In this document: positions 18,385-26,859 of the stretch, one piece after another
How positions within the stretch are numbered: position 1 is the first letter of the stretch
Layout of the letters: every line of letters begins with the position of its first letter
Source: an uncultured Clostridia bacterium
GTDB lineage: Bacteria; Bacillota; Clostridia; Christensenellales; CALMFG01
DNA: 51,487 nucleotides
Assembly: GCA_937863465.1 (NCBI GenBank)
Contig: CALMFG010000112.1
Coordinates: forward strand, 1-51,487
Reading direction: 5' to 3'
Translations under genes and position numbers: made by a program
The notes under the pieces: generated by a model
Told to the model about the DNA's origin: nothing
The model's input: only the letters and a program-made list of their open reading frames with translations
The model's database searches: none

Positions 18385-18413
18385 TTTACAGTCATTCCGT
18401 AAAAAGATATAAT
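18385..18413 (+). promoter_or_regulatory. Sigma-A promoter
   Basis: TTTACA, 17 nt spacer, TATAAT, about 38 nt upstream of ATG 18452. Confidence 0.6.
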
Positions 18414-18451
18414 TTTAGGGAATTCTACAAAGGGTAAAGGGTACAATATCC

Positions 18452-19555
18452 ATGCAAAGAAAATCGGTTGTGCGCATCGCCAACTTAAGGCGGTTTATCA
18501 TTTCCATCATCATTCTGTTTTCACTGGCTGTTCTCATCATCGGCATCACCTATTTTGTGTCTTCCAGCAATACGCTGGAGCGCGATTTATCCTCCGCCAA
18601 CATCACCGAAGAAACCCAGTATCGGCTTTTGGACGACTTCTACATCACGCTGGACGGCGATGCGCTTTCCTGCTACACGTACGAAGGCGAACTACTGTGG
18701 TCAAAAATCGTGTATTCGGAAAACCTCATTTTGGAGGCCAGCGAAAAGCTGGTGGTCATTTATAACAACAAAACCTTTCAGGCGCTGACCACCGAAGGCG
18801 AGTATCTGTATTCCACCGATGTCATCGGCACGGTCAACCGTCTGGAATGCGGCAACAACGTCATCGCGGCTTTTTCTGAGATTGTTGAAGAGGACGGCAC
18901 GTCCGAGAATATGATCTATTTTTATAACCCCACCGGCAGTCTGTTCGATTCCATCAGCTTCTACCCGCAGATCATCATCGACTTTGGTTTTACCGAATCG
19001 GACAGCCTTTGGGTGTTGACCAACGACCCCACCGGCGTCATTCCGGTTTCCAGAGTCATCACCTATAACCCCGGCGTTTCCATGACCGGCCTGACCACCC
19101 TGTACTCCGAGTTGATTGAGAAAGTGTATTTTTCGGGCGACAGCATGTATATCGTCTCCACCACCAATCTCTTAAAGTACGACCTCTTCGGCCAACAGCT
19201 TTCTACCAACATGATTTATGACTGGCAGATTAAATCGGCCGCTTTTGATGGCGCAGAAGATTTGTTCGTGGCCGTACCGCGCGCGCAGAATACGGACTTG
19301 TATTATACCAACGCGCGCGTCTTGACCGCCACCGACTACTTTAAGGTCAATCTGCCCAAAAGCGTCAGCGGGCTTCTGGTGCAAAACGACAGCCTGTATG
19401 TGTTCGGCGGAGATACGGTCTACGTCTATTCCAACCAGGGTGAGTACTTACGCCAGTACAAATTGAAAAACAGTATTTCATATATCGCCTCGGCTTCGGA
19501 AAACCGCGTACTGGTCACCAGCAACGGCAAGTATTCGTTTTTAACCTTGCCATAA
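18452..19555 (+). CDS. Membrane-anchored protein of unknown function with beta-rich, propeller-like repeats
   Basis: One N-terminal TM helix, then recurring Y/F-x-x-x-G-E/Q-x-L-x strands (CYTYEGELLW, LTTEGEYLYS, KYDLFGQQLS, VYSNQGEYLRQY). No catalytic motif recognised. Confidence 0.6.
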   Translation: MQRKSVVRIANLRRFIISIIILFSLAVLIIGITYFVSSSNTLERDLSSANITEETQYRLLDDFYITLDGDALSCYTYEGELLWSKIVYSENLILEASEKLVVIYNNKTFQALTTEGEYLYSTDVIGTVNRLECGNNVIAAFSEIVEEDGTSENMIYFYNPTGSLFDSISFYPQIIIDFGFTESDSLWVLTNDPTGVIPVSRVITYNPGVSMTGLTTLYSELIEKVYFSGDSMYIVSTTNLLKYDLFGQQLSTNMIYDWQIKSAAFDGAEDLFVAVPRAQNTDLYYTNARVLTATDYFKVNLPKSVSGLLVQNDSLYVFGGDTVYVYSNQGEYLRQYKLKNSISYIASASENRVLVTSNGKYSFLTLP

Positions 19556-19598
19556 AAACATGCTATAATAGCCCTAACACAAACGGAGGAATAACATT

Positions 19599-20306
19599 TT
19601 GAGCATATTAGACTGGTTTGTCGTCATGATTATCCTGTATGCTGTTTTGACCGGCGTCTATCGCGGGTTCATCCATTCGGCCTGCTCGCTTGGCGCGTTC
19701 TTTCTTTCCTGGGGCACGGCCGCGCTGTTCTCGCCCCTGCTCTCAGCCAGCTTCTTAAAGAACGCGACCGTCTATAATTTTGTCTACACCTACACCGAGG
19801 GCAGCGAGCTTATTACCAATTTTGAAGATACCAAACTGCTCGTCCAAAATCTTTCGGCGGATAAGATTAAGTCACTGGTTGCCGAATCCAATCTGCCGGC
19901 CCCCTTCTCTTCGCTGATGGTTTCCAACATCACCAAAAGCGTCTTTGCCGATCAGAACGTCACCACGCTGGGCGAGTACTACAACCTCACCATCGCCAAC
20001 GTCTGCGTCAATATCATCTCGTTTTTTGTCATCTTTTTCATCGCGCGCGCCATTCTCGCCTTCGCTATCAACGCCGCAAATTACACCTTTAAGTTTCCGG
20101 TCTTACGTGTGTTCGATTCCACTGTCGGCGGCATCTTCGGTTTTCTGTCCGGATTGTTCCTGACCTATGCGGTGTTCATCTTAACCCCGCTTCTTTTAGT
20201 CGTTCAACCTCTCCAGCAGGTTTATGACATCGTTTACGGTTCCGCTTTTGCCCGCTATTTCTACACCTCCAACTTTTTGCTCAATTTTATCCGCGGAGTA
20301 ATATAA
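19599..20306 (+). CDS. cvpA: CvpA-family membrane protein
   Basis: TTG start behind GGAGGA. N-terminus LDWFVVMIILYAVLTGVYRGFI and four TM helices are typical of CvpA (colicin V production) proteins. Confidence 0.8.
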   Translation: MSILDWFVVMIILYAVLTGVYRGFIHSACSLGAFFLSWGTAALFSPLLSASFLKNATVYNFVYTYTEGSELITNFEDTKLLVQNLSADKIKSLVAESNLPAPFSSLMVSNITKSVFADQNVTTLGEYYNLTIANVCVNIISFFVIFFIARAILAFAINAANYTFKFPVLRVFDSTVGGIFGFLSGLFLTYAVFILTPLLLVVQPLQQVYDIVYGSAFARYFYTSNFLLNFIRGVI

Positions 20307-20308
20307 AT

Positions 20309-20324
20309 TGTTCCACGTGAAACA
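20309..20324. promoter_or_regulatory. parS: parS centromere-like site
   Basis: TGTTCCACGTGAAACA is an exact match to the Firmicutes parS consensus. It lies 180 bp beyond the 3' end of parB. Confidence 0.92.
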
Positions 20325-20329
20325 ATCGG

Positions 20330-20345
20330 ACACAATATATTGTGT
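20330..20345. repeat. Perfect 16-bp palindrome ACACAATATATTGTGT
   Basis: Read directly from the sequence, 5 bp from parS. Function unknown. Confidence 0.9.
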
Positions 20346-20363
20346 TTAATATCAAAAAAGTCG

Positions 20364-20391
20364 AAAAAGCCCGCAAAATCGGGCTTTTTTT
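20364..20391. terminator. Intrinsic terminator (cvpA side), A-run/T-run flanked
   Basis: AAAAA GCCCG CAAAAT CGGGC TTTTTTT. Confidence 0.7.
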
Positions 20392-20475
20392 GTATGCTTC
20401 GCTTCTCTCTTTGAACCCATTTCTCCGGCGTTTCAGCCAATGGCTTGCCCGAGGCGCTTTTATAACACCATACAC

Positions 20476-20498
20476 TAAAAAAGAGCCTTTCGGCTCTT
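20476..20498 (-). terminator. Intrinsic terminator of the parAB operon
   Basis: Minus strand reads AGAGCC GAAA GGCTCT TTTTTT immediately after the parB stop. Confidence 0.7.
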
Positions 20499-20503
20499 TC
20501 GTG

Positions 20504-21400
20504 TTAGTTTTTCAAAAGGTAATCATACAACGCCTGCAGCTGCTCTTCGGAAAAATACTCGATGGTAATCTTTCCTTTCTGCATATCTCCGATGATTTTC
20601 ACCTTGGTCTCCAGCGCGTTGGTCAGCTTGTGCTCAGCTTCGATAATCTCAGCCGCCATCACTTTTTTATCGCTTTTTTTCACGCCGGAATCGGTTTTGC
20701 CCTTGCTGTATTTCTGGACATACTTTTCGGTCTCCCGAACGCTCATGCCCTCCTCGGCCGCTTTGGTGGCGATGAGGATTTTATCCTCGTCGTTCTCAAG
20801 GCCGCCCAGACACTTGGCGTGCCCGCTGGATATCTTGCCCTCAAAGATCATTACTCTGATGGGTTCGGGCAGCTGGAGCAAGCGCAGAATGTTGGCCACC
20901 GCCGGACGGGATTTCCCGATGCGCTCGGCCACCGCTTCCTGATTCAAATCGTATTCGGTCATGAGAAGGCGAATCGCCGCCGCTTCTTCCAATGGGTTTA
21001 GGTTCTCCCGCTGAAGGTTCTCAATCAGCGATATCTCCATCTGTTCGCGGCTGTCAATTTCCTTGACGATGCTCGGGATGGTCTTCAGCCGCGCAATCCG
21101 CGCCGCGCGGTACCGTCTTTCGCCTGCAATAATCATGTATCGGTCTTCGCTCTTGCGAACGATAATCGGCTGGACAATGCCGTGGTTCTCGATGGATTTA
21201 GCCAGCTCGTTTAGCTTTTCTTCGTCAAAATTCTTTCGCGGCTGATCCTGATAGGTGTCGATGAGCCCGATATCCAGCTCCAGCACCTGTCCTTTAACGC
21301 TCTGAAGCGCAATCGCGTCTTCATCCAGCGCCCTAATGTTTAAGGGGTCTTCGCTCAAAAGCGCCCCAAGTCCTTTTCCAAGTCCGGTTGGTTTCGCCAT
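20504..21400 (-). CDS. parB: Chromosome partitioning protein ParB/Spo0J
   Basis: GLGKGLGALL, IVQPIIVR....YMIIAGERRYRAA, HTH region, C-terminal dimerisation domain. Confidence 0.95.
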   Translation of the reverse strand: MAKPTGLGKGLGALLSEDPLNIRALDEDAIALQSVKGQVLELDIGLIDTYQDQPRKNFDEEKLNELAKSIENHGIVQPIIVRKSEDRYMIIAGERRYRAARIARLKTIPSIVKEIDSREQMEISLIENLQRENLNPLEEAAAIRLLMTEYDLNQEAVAERIGKSRPAVANILRLLQLPEPIRVMIFEGKISSGHAKCLGGLENDEDKILIATKAAEEGMSVRETEKYVQKYSKGKTDSGVKKSDKKVMAAEIIEAEHKLTNALETKVKIIGDMQKGKITIEYFSEEQLQALYDYLLKN

Positions 21401-21415
21401 GCTCTCTTCCCCCTT

Positions 21416-22180
21416 TTATTTATTCGCCGCGACGACTTCTTCGGCCAGCGCCATATATGTTTCCGAGCCCAGCGATTTCGGGTCATACTTTAGGATAGGC
21501 AGCCCAAAGCTGGGCGCTTCGCTTAAGCGTACGTTTCGCGGAATAATCGTCTCATATACTTTGTTTTTAAAATAGGCCTTCACTTCCGAAACCACCTGAC
21601 TGCTTAGGTTGGTTCGGCCGTCATACATGGTCAGCACCACGCCTTCAATCTCAAGCTCGGGATTCAAGGTTTTCTTCACCAGCTTAATCGTGCTGATGAG
21701 CTGGCTTAAGCCTTCCAGCGCGTAGAATTCACACTGGATGGGCACCAATACATTATCCGATGCGTTGAGCGCGTTGACCGTCAAAACACCCAGCGACGGC
21801 GGGCAATCCAAAAAAATAAAGTCGTAATCGTTTTTAATCGGCCGTAAAGCCTCTTTTAAGTAGGATTCCCTGGCCATCTTGCCCACCAGTTCCACCTGCG
21901 CGCCGACCAGATCGATGTTGGCCGGTATGACAAACAGCGTCTCCATCATGGTGGGTATCACCGCGTCCTTGGCCGGAACGCCGTTGATGATGATGTCGTA
22001 CACCGAATACTTGATCTCGGACTTATCGATACCCAGTCCCGATGTGGAGTTGCCCTGCGGGTCAATGTCTACAATGCAGACACGTTTGCCCAAATGTGCC
22101 AACGCAGCGGCCAGATTCACCGAAGTGGTGGTCTTGCCTACGCCGCCCTTTTGGTTGGCGATAGAAATAATCTTTCCCAA
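21416..22180 (-). CDS. parA: Chromosome partitioning ATPase ParA/Soj
   Basis: Deviant Walker A NQKGGVGKTTT, DIDPQGN, IDCPPSLG. Confidence 0.95.
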   Translation of the reverse strand: MGKIISIANQKGGVGKTTTSVNLAAALAHLGKRVCIVDIDPQGNSTSGLGIDKSEIKYSVYDIIINGVPAKDAVIPTMMETLFVIPANIDLVGAQVELVGKMARESYLKEALRPIKNDYDFIFLDCPPSLGVLTVNALNASDNVLVPIQCEFYALEGLSQLISTIKLVKKTLNPELEIEGVVLTMYDGRTNLSSQVVSEVKAYFKNKVYETIIPRNVRLSEAPSFGLPILKYDPKSLGSETYMALAEEVVAANK

Positions 22181-22222
22181 ATCTACTCTCCTAAAGTCTC
22201 AAAAATTATCTTGTCGTGCTTT

Positions 22223-22756
22223 TTAAAGTATGGCGATTCGTTCAATCGTTTTGGCTTCCTGAACGTCGATGACGTGCAAGGCTTCGGCCGTCGCCATCAT
22301 GGGCTTAAACTTCTTAGCCGCAATCTCAACGCCGCGAATCAGTTTGTCCTCTTCCACGTTGATGGCCACCGTGACATGCGGCACCCATACGCCGGGCATA
22401 TAGAACCGCCATGCGTTCGGAGAATATTCCTCCATATGGCTGTAGAAATTCTTATGCATGAAGATCAAATCACTCGTCACCGTCACCGCCAGATAGATAA
22501 TGTTGCGCTCCACATTAAAGAGTCCGACGCTGTTTAAGTTGATGGACGGCTTGGATATCGTATAGGAAAACGAATTGACGTGGCGGATAAATGCAGGCAA
22601 ATCTTCAATTCCATTATACATCGCCAGCGTCACATGCGGTACGCCGGGTGAATGGTGCAGAAACTGACTGACGCCGTAGTCGCTCATATCTTTCCAAATA
22701 CTGCGGATTTCGTTTGAAGTGTTATGATCAAACTCCAATTCAACTGCTATTGGCAT
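22223..22756 (-). CDS. 2H phosphoesterase superfamily (LigT / 2'-5' RNA ligase-like) protein
   Basis: Two H-x-T motifs at the expected spacing: PHVTLAMY and PHVTVAIN. 177 aa. Confidence 0.72.
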   Translation of the reverse strand: MPIAVELEFDHNTSNEIRSIWKDMSDYGVSQFLHHSPGVPHVTLAMYNGIEDLPAFIRHVNSFSYTISKPSINLNSVGLFNVERNIIYLAVTVTSDLIFMHKNFYSHMEEYSPNAWRFYMPGVWVPHVTVAINVEEDKLIRGVEIAAKKFKPMMATAEALHVIDVQEAKTIERIAIL

Positions 22757-22765
22757 AATCTTACC

Positions 22766-23467
22766 TCACAATACTTTCTTTTTTATATTTGAAAACTTCC
22801 TCGGATAAACCTCTCTAAGTTTTTCAATCCGTTCATAGACGACAATCTGCGTCATACCCAGTGTATCGGGATAGGTCCCGATATACTTCAAGCCCAGCGC
22901 TTTGGCCGCCGAAGCCGCTTCTTTCACTTCCTCTGCGGCTTTTTCGCCCTTGTAGGCCATCACTCGCCCACCCACGCGGACGAATCCTGCACAGAGTTCC
23001 AGCAGAACGTTCAATCGGGCCACGGCCCGGCTCACACATATATCATAACACATTCTGGCATTTTCGGAACGGGCAATTTCTTCCGCACGGCCATTTATTA
23101 AATGAATATTCACATCTAACCGCTTGGCGGCGGCCTCGATAAACGCCGCTTTTTTCCCCGTCGCTTCTAAAAGCGTCATGTCCAGACCCGGGCAGACGAT
23201 TTTCAGCGGCAATCCCGGAAATCCCGCGCCCGACCCCACGTCAATGACTTTTTCGTCACCCCGAATGAGATTCATCGAAATCGGCAGCAGGCTGTCGGCA
23301 AAATGCTTTTCGGCCACCCCGGCTTCGTCCAGAATCGCGGTCAGGTTGGTGTGCGCGCCGGTTTCCTTTAAGGCCTCAAAGAAAATCTCAAACTGGTTCT
23401 CCTGTTCGGACGAAAGCGCGATGCCTTGCGCTTCCATCGCTTTTCGTAAAATCTCGGTCATGCTCAT
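22766..23467 (-). CDS. rsmG: 16S rRNA (guanine527-N7)-methyltransferase
   Basis: [20 protein letters not shown] motif, family-typical length, and position after mnmG. Confidence 0.93.
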   Translation of the reverse strand: MSMTEILRKAMEAQGIALSSEQENQFEIFFEALKETGAHTNLTAILDEAGVAEKHFADSLLPISMNLIRGDEKVIDVGSGAGFPGLPLKIVCPGLDMTLLEATGKKAAFIEAAAKRLDVNIHLINGRAEEIARSENARMCYDICVSRAVARLNVLLELCAGFVRVGGRVMAYKGEKAAEEVKEAASAAKALGLKYIGTYPDTLGMTQIVVYERIEKLREVYPRKFSNIKKKVL

Positions 23468-25338
23468 CGGCTTTGTTCCCGCTGTTTAAAATAGATGACC
23501 AGCACCGAAATATCCGCCGGGCTCACGCCCGAGATGCGGCTGGCCTGACCCAGACTTTCGGGCCGGATGGCGTTCAGCTTCTGCGCGGCTTCAATACGTA
23601 TGCCTTTAATCCGGCTGTAATCCACATCGGCGGGCAGGCGCTTTTCCTCCATCGCCTTTTGCTGGTTCACCTGATTCTCCTGCTTTTTGATATACCCCGC
23701 GTATTTCACGTTGGTCTCGGCACACTTCATCACTTCTTTATCTAACCGTAAAAATTCCTCGTCAAACGCAATTAAATCATCCAGATATACATTCGGCCGC
23801 TTTAAGATGTCGGCGTATTTCACGTTCGCGGTGAGCGGCTCGGAACCCTGCTCGGTCAGATAGCCATTGACCCTGTCGGCTTTCACCAAACGCGTCTCCA
23901 TCTCGGCAACGATTCTTTCGATACCTTCCTGCTTTTTCATAAATCGGTCATATCGGGCGTCCGAAACCAGTCCCAGCTTTCTGCCCTTTTCGGTCAGCCG
24001 CGCGTCGGCGTTGTCCTGCCGCAGCAGCAACCGGTACTCGGCCCGCGAGGTCATCATACGGTAGGGCTCGTTGGTGCCCTTGGTGACGAGGTCGTCAATC
24101 AGCACCCCGGCGTATCCGTCGGCGCGCCCTAAAACGAGCGGCTCTTCCCCGCGGATGTACTGCACCGCGTTGAGTCCGGCCACGACGCCTTGCGCCCCCG
24201 CTTCCTCATATCCGCTGGTGCCGTTGATCTGGCCCGCAAAAAACAGGCCGCCGATTTCCTTGCTCTCCAGCGAACGTTTTAAAACCGTCGAATCGATGCA
24301 GTCATATTCAATGGCATACGCCGGACGCATAAACTGCACGTTCTCCAAACCCGGTACCGTGCGGTACATGGCCACCTGCACTTCCTCGGGCAGACTCGAC
24401 GACATCCCCTGCACATAGATCTCGTTGGTCTGCAGGCTCTCGGGCTCCAAGAACAACTGATGCCGTTCCTTGTCCGGAAACTTCACAATCTTGTCCTCGA
24501 TGCTGGGGCAGTACCGCGGACCCGTGCCCTCAATCTTTCCCGAATACAGCGGCGAACGGCCCATGTTGGCGCGGATGATGTCCCGCGTTTTTTCATTGGT
24601 ATAGGTCAGATAGCAGGGCACCTGCTCCCGCCTGATTTCGCCCGACATAAACGAAAACGGAATAATCTCCTCGTCTCCGTACTGCGGTGTGGTCTTGCTA
24701 AAGTCGATGCTCCGCTTGTCCACACGTGCGGGTGTGCCCGTCTTGAACCGCCGCAAAGAAAATCCCAAGTCTGTCAGTCCACGGCTCAAATAGGAAGCCG
24801 GAAACAGGCCGCTCGGCCCGCCCGAATACATCCACTCGCCGATGATGATCTTGCTCTTTAAATAGACGCCAGTCGCGAGGATGGCCGTCTGCGTCTGGTA
24901 AACCGCGCCGGTCGTGGTCTTCACGGCCGCCACCCTCCCGTTCTTTTCGACAATTTCGGTGACCTCGGCCTGCGACAGCGTCAGGTTGTCGGTGTTCTCC
25001 AGCGTGCTTTTCATCACGCGCTGATATTCCTTCTTGTCGGCCTGCGCCCGTAGGCTGTGCACTGCCGGACCCTTGCCCGTGTTCAGCATCTTAATCTGAA
25101 TAAACGTGGCGTCCGTGTTGATGCCCATCTCGCCGCCCAGCGCGTCAATCTCACGCACCAGATGGCCCTTGCTGGTTCCGCCGATGGCGGGGTTGCAAGC
25201 CATCAGCGCCACGCCGTCCAGATTCAGCGTGAGCAGCAGCGTCTTTTGGTTAAGACGCGCGGCCGCCAGAGCGGCTTCGCATCCCGCGTGGCCGGCGCCC
25301 ACCACCACCACGTCATATGTCCCTGCGTTATAATCCAT
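23464..25338 (-). CDS. mnmG: tRNA uridine 5-carboxymethylaminomethyl modification enzyme
   Basis: [32 protein letters not shown], and C-terminal helical domain. Confidence 0.97.
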   Translation of the reverse strand: MDYNAGTYDVVVVGAGHAGCEAALAAARLNQKTLLLTLNLDGVALMACNPAIGGTSKGHLVREIDALGGEMGINTDATFIQIKMLNTGKGPAVHSLRAQADKKEYQRVMKSTLENTDNLTLSQAEVTEIVEKNGRVAAVKTTTGAVYQTQTAILATGVYLKSKIIIGEWMYSGGPSGLFPASYLSRGLTDLGFSLRRFKTGTPARVDKRSIDFSKTTPQYGDEEIIPFSFMSGEIRREQVPCYLTYTNEKTRDIIRANMGRSPLYSGKIEGTGPRYCPSIEDKIVKFPDKERHQLFLEPESLQTNEIYVQGMSSSLPEEVQVAMYRTVPGLENVQFMRPAYAIEYDCIDSTVLKRSLESKEIGGLFFAGQINGTSGYEEAGAQGVVAGLNAVQYIRGEEPLVLGRADGYAGVLIDDLVTKGTNEPYRMMTSRAEYRLLLRQDNADARLTEKGRKLGLVSDARYDRFMKKQEGIERIVAEMETRLVKADRVNGYLTEQGSEPLTANVKYADILKRPNVYLDDLIAFDEEFLRLDKEVMKCAETNVKYAGYIKKQENQVNQQKAMEEKRLPADVDYSRIKGIRIEAAQKLNAIRPESLGQASRISGVSPADISVLVIYFKQREQSR

Positions 25339-25350
25339 GTCGTCTTCTTT

Positions 25351-26694
25351 CTATTTTCCCAAGCAAAAGTTTTCAAAGATGCGGTCGATAATCGCCTCGC
25401 CCACCGTTTCGCCGGTAATCTCGCCGATGTGATTCCATGCGTCGCGGATGTCGATGCTGACGCATTCCAAATCCGCTCCCGATTCAAACTCGGCAACCGC
25501 CGCTTCCAGTGAGTTTACATAATCATTCAGGCAGTGCGCGTGCCGCGCGTTGGTGATGACGATGCTCTCGGCTTTTTCCTGATGCGTCACCGCCGTGTCG
25601 TAGATGGCCTGCTCTAAGGCTTCCATGCCTTCGCCGGTCACCGCGCTGGTCAAAACGCGGGTCTTTATGTCGGGGAAGTTTTCCTTCGTACCCCGGTCGG
25701 ATTTATTCAAAACCAATACGGTTTTCTTATCTTTAATTTTTTCATATACTTTATTGTCCCGCTCATCCGCAGGCACAGAGCCGTCCACCGTGAACAGCAC
25801 CAAGTCAGCTTTCTCGATGGCCGACAGCGAACGATCCACGCCGATGGCCTCCACCGCGTCATGGCTTTCGCGGATGCCCGCCGTGTCGAAGTACCTCACG
25901 GGCAGTCCTTGGATATCATACAGCCCCTCGATGATGTCCCGCGTGGTGCCTTCCACTTCGGTGACGATAGCGCGTTCTTTTCCGGTCAGCGCGTTTAAGA
26001 GCGAAGACTTGCCCACGTTGGGTTTACCGATGATGCAGACATTAAACCCTTCCTTCAAAAACCGCCCCGACTCAAACGAATCGGCCAATGCCCTGCCTTC
26101 TGCCATCAGTTCGGCCAGAACCGGCATCGCTTTGCCTTTTATGTCGTGTTCCAAATCCTCTTCGGGGTACTCGATGCCCGCCTCAATCATGGCCAGCATA
26201 TCAGTCAGGCGGTTCTGCATGCCGCGAATCTTCTGGCTTAAGGCACCCTCCAACTGGTCAAACGCGGATTTGGCCGAAAGCGAGCTGACCGCGCCGATAT
26301 AATCCATCACAGCCTCGGCTTCGCTTAGGTCCATCTTGCCGTTCATAAACGCCCGTTTGGTAAACTCGCCGGGCTCGGCCGGACGCGCTCCCGCTTTCTC
26401 CACGGCCGACAGCACCTGCATCATTGGCATCCTCCCGCCGTGCGGAAAGATTTCGGCCATGGGTTCGCCGGTGTAAGTTTTTTCGCCTTCAAAACCCACC
26501 GCCATCACTTCGTCCAGTTTGGTGCCGCCGTCCATGATAAATCCATGCCGCATGACGGCCTGCGAAAACGGCTGGTTCGAATGAAAGACGGTATTTAATA
26601 TATCGATGGCCGCCTTGCCGCTGATGCGGATGATGCCCACGGCGCCCACACCGGGCGGCGAGGAGACGGCGCATATGGTATCGCTGTTTTGCAT
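25351..26694 (-). CDS. mnmE: tRNA modification GTPase
   Basis: DTICAVSSPPG, G-domain GKPNVGKSSLLNAL and DTAGIR, C-terminal FCLGK. Confidence 0.97.
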   Translation of the reverse strand: MQNSDTICAVSSPPGVGAVGIIRISGKAAIDILNTVFHSNQPFSQAVMRHGFIMDGGTKLDEVMAVGFEGEKTYTGEPMAEIFPHGGRMPMMQVLSAVEKAGARPAEPGEFTKRAFMNGKMDLSEAEAVMDYIGAVSSLSAKSAFDQLEGALSQKIRGMQNRLTDMLAMIEAGIEYPEEDLEHDIKGKAMPVLAELMAEGRALADSFESGRFLKEGFNVCIIGKPNVGKSSLLNALTGKERAIVTEVEGTTRDIIEGLYDIQGLPVRYFDTAGIRESHDAVEAIGVDRSLSAIEKADLVLFTVDGSVPADERDNKVYEKIKDKKTVLVLNKSDRGTKENFPDIKTRVLTSAVTGEGMEALEQAIYDTAVTHQEKAESIVITNARHAHCLNDYVNSLEAAVAEFESGADLECVSIDIRDAWNHIGEITGETVGEAIIDRIFENFCLGK

Positions 26695-26859
26695 TTCTTT
26701 TATTTTTAGCGCATAACTTTCCTATTTTATTTTTTGGCATATCTAATATACTGAAAAAAGCATCAATTCGCAACTACCATATATAGTTGTCGGTTGCCTT
26801 GCCTTCCTCAATTGTGATATGATTGGTTGAAACTTTGGATAAAGAAAAGGAAGCACACA

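Noticed and set aside
26695-26859. T-box leaders upstream of argS, and likewise upstream of the alaS-like gene at 10188-10274.
   Set aside because: The leaders are too short (about 165 nt shared with the divergent mnmE promoter, and about 80 nt). Neither contains the T-box consensus (AAnnnGGGTGGtACCGCG) or a specifier-loop/terminator arrangement. A 19-nt imperfect palindrome CAACTACCATATATAGTTG at about 26772 was noted but could not be interpreted.
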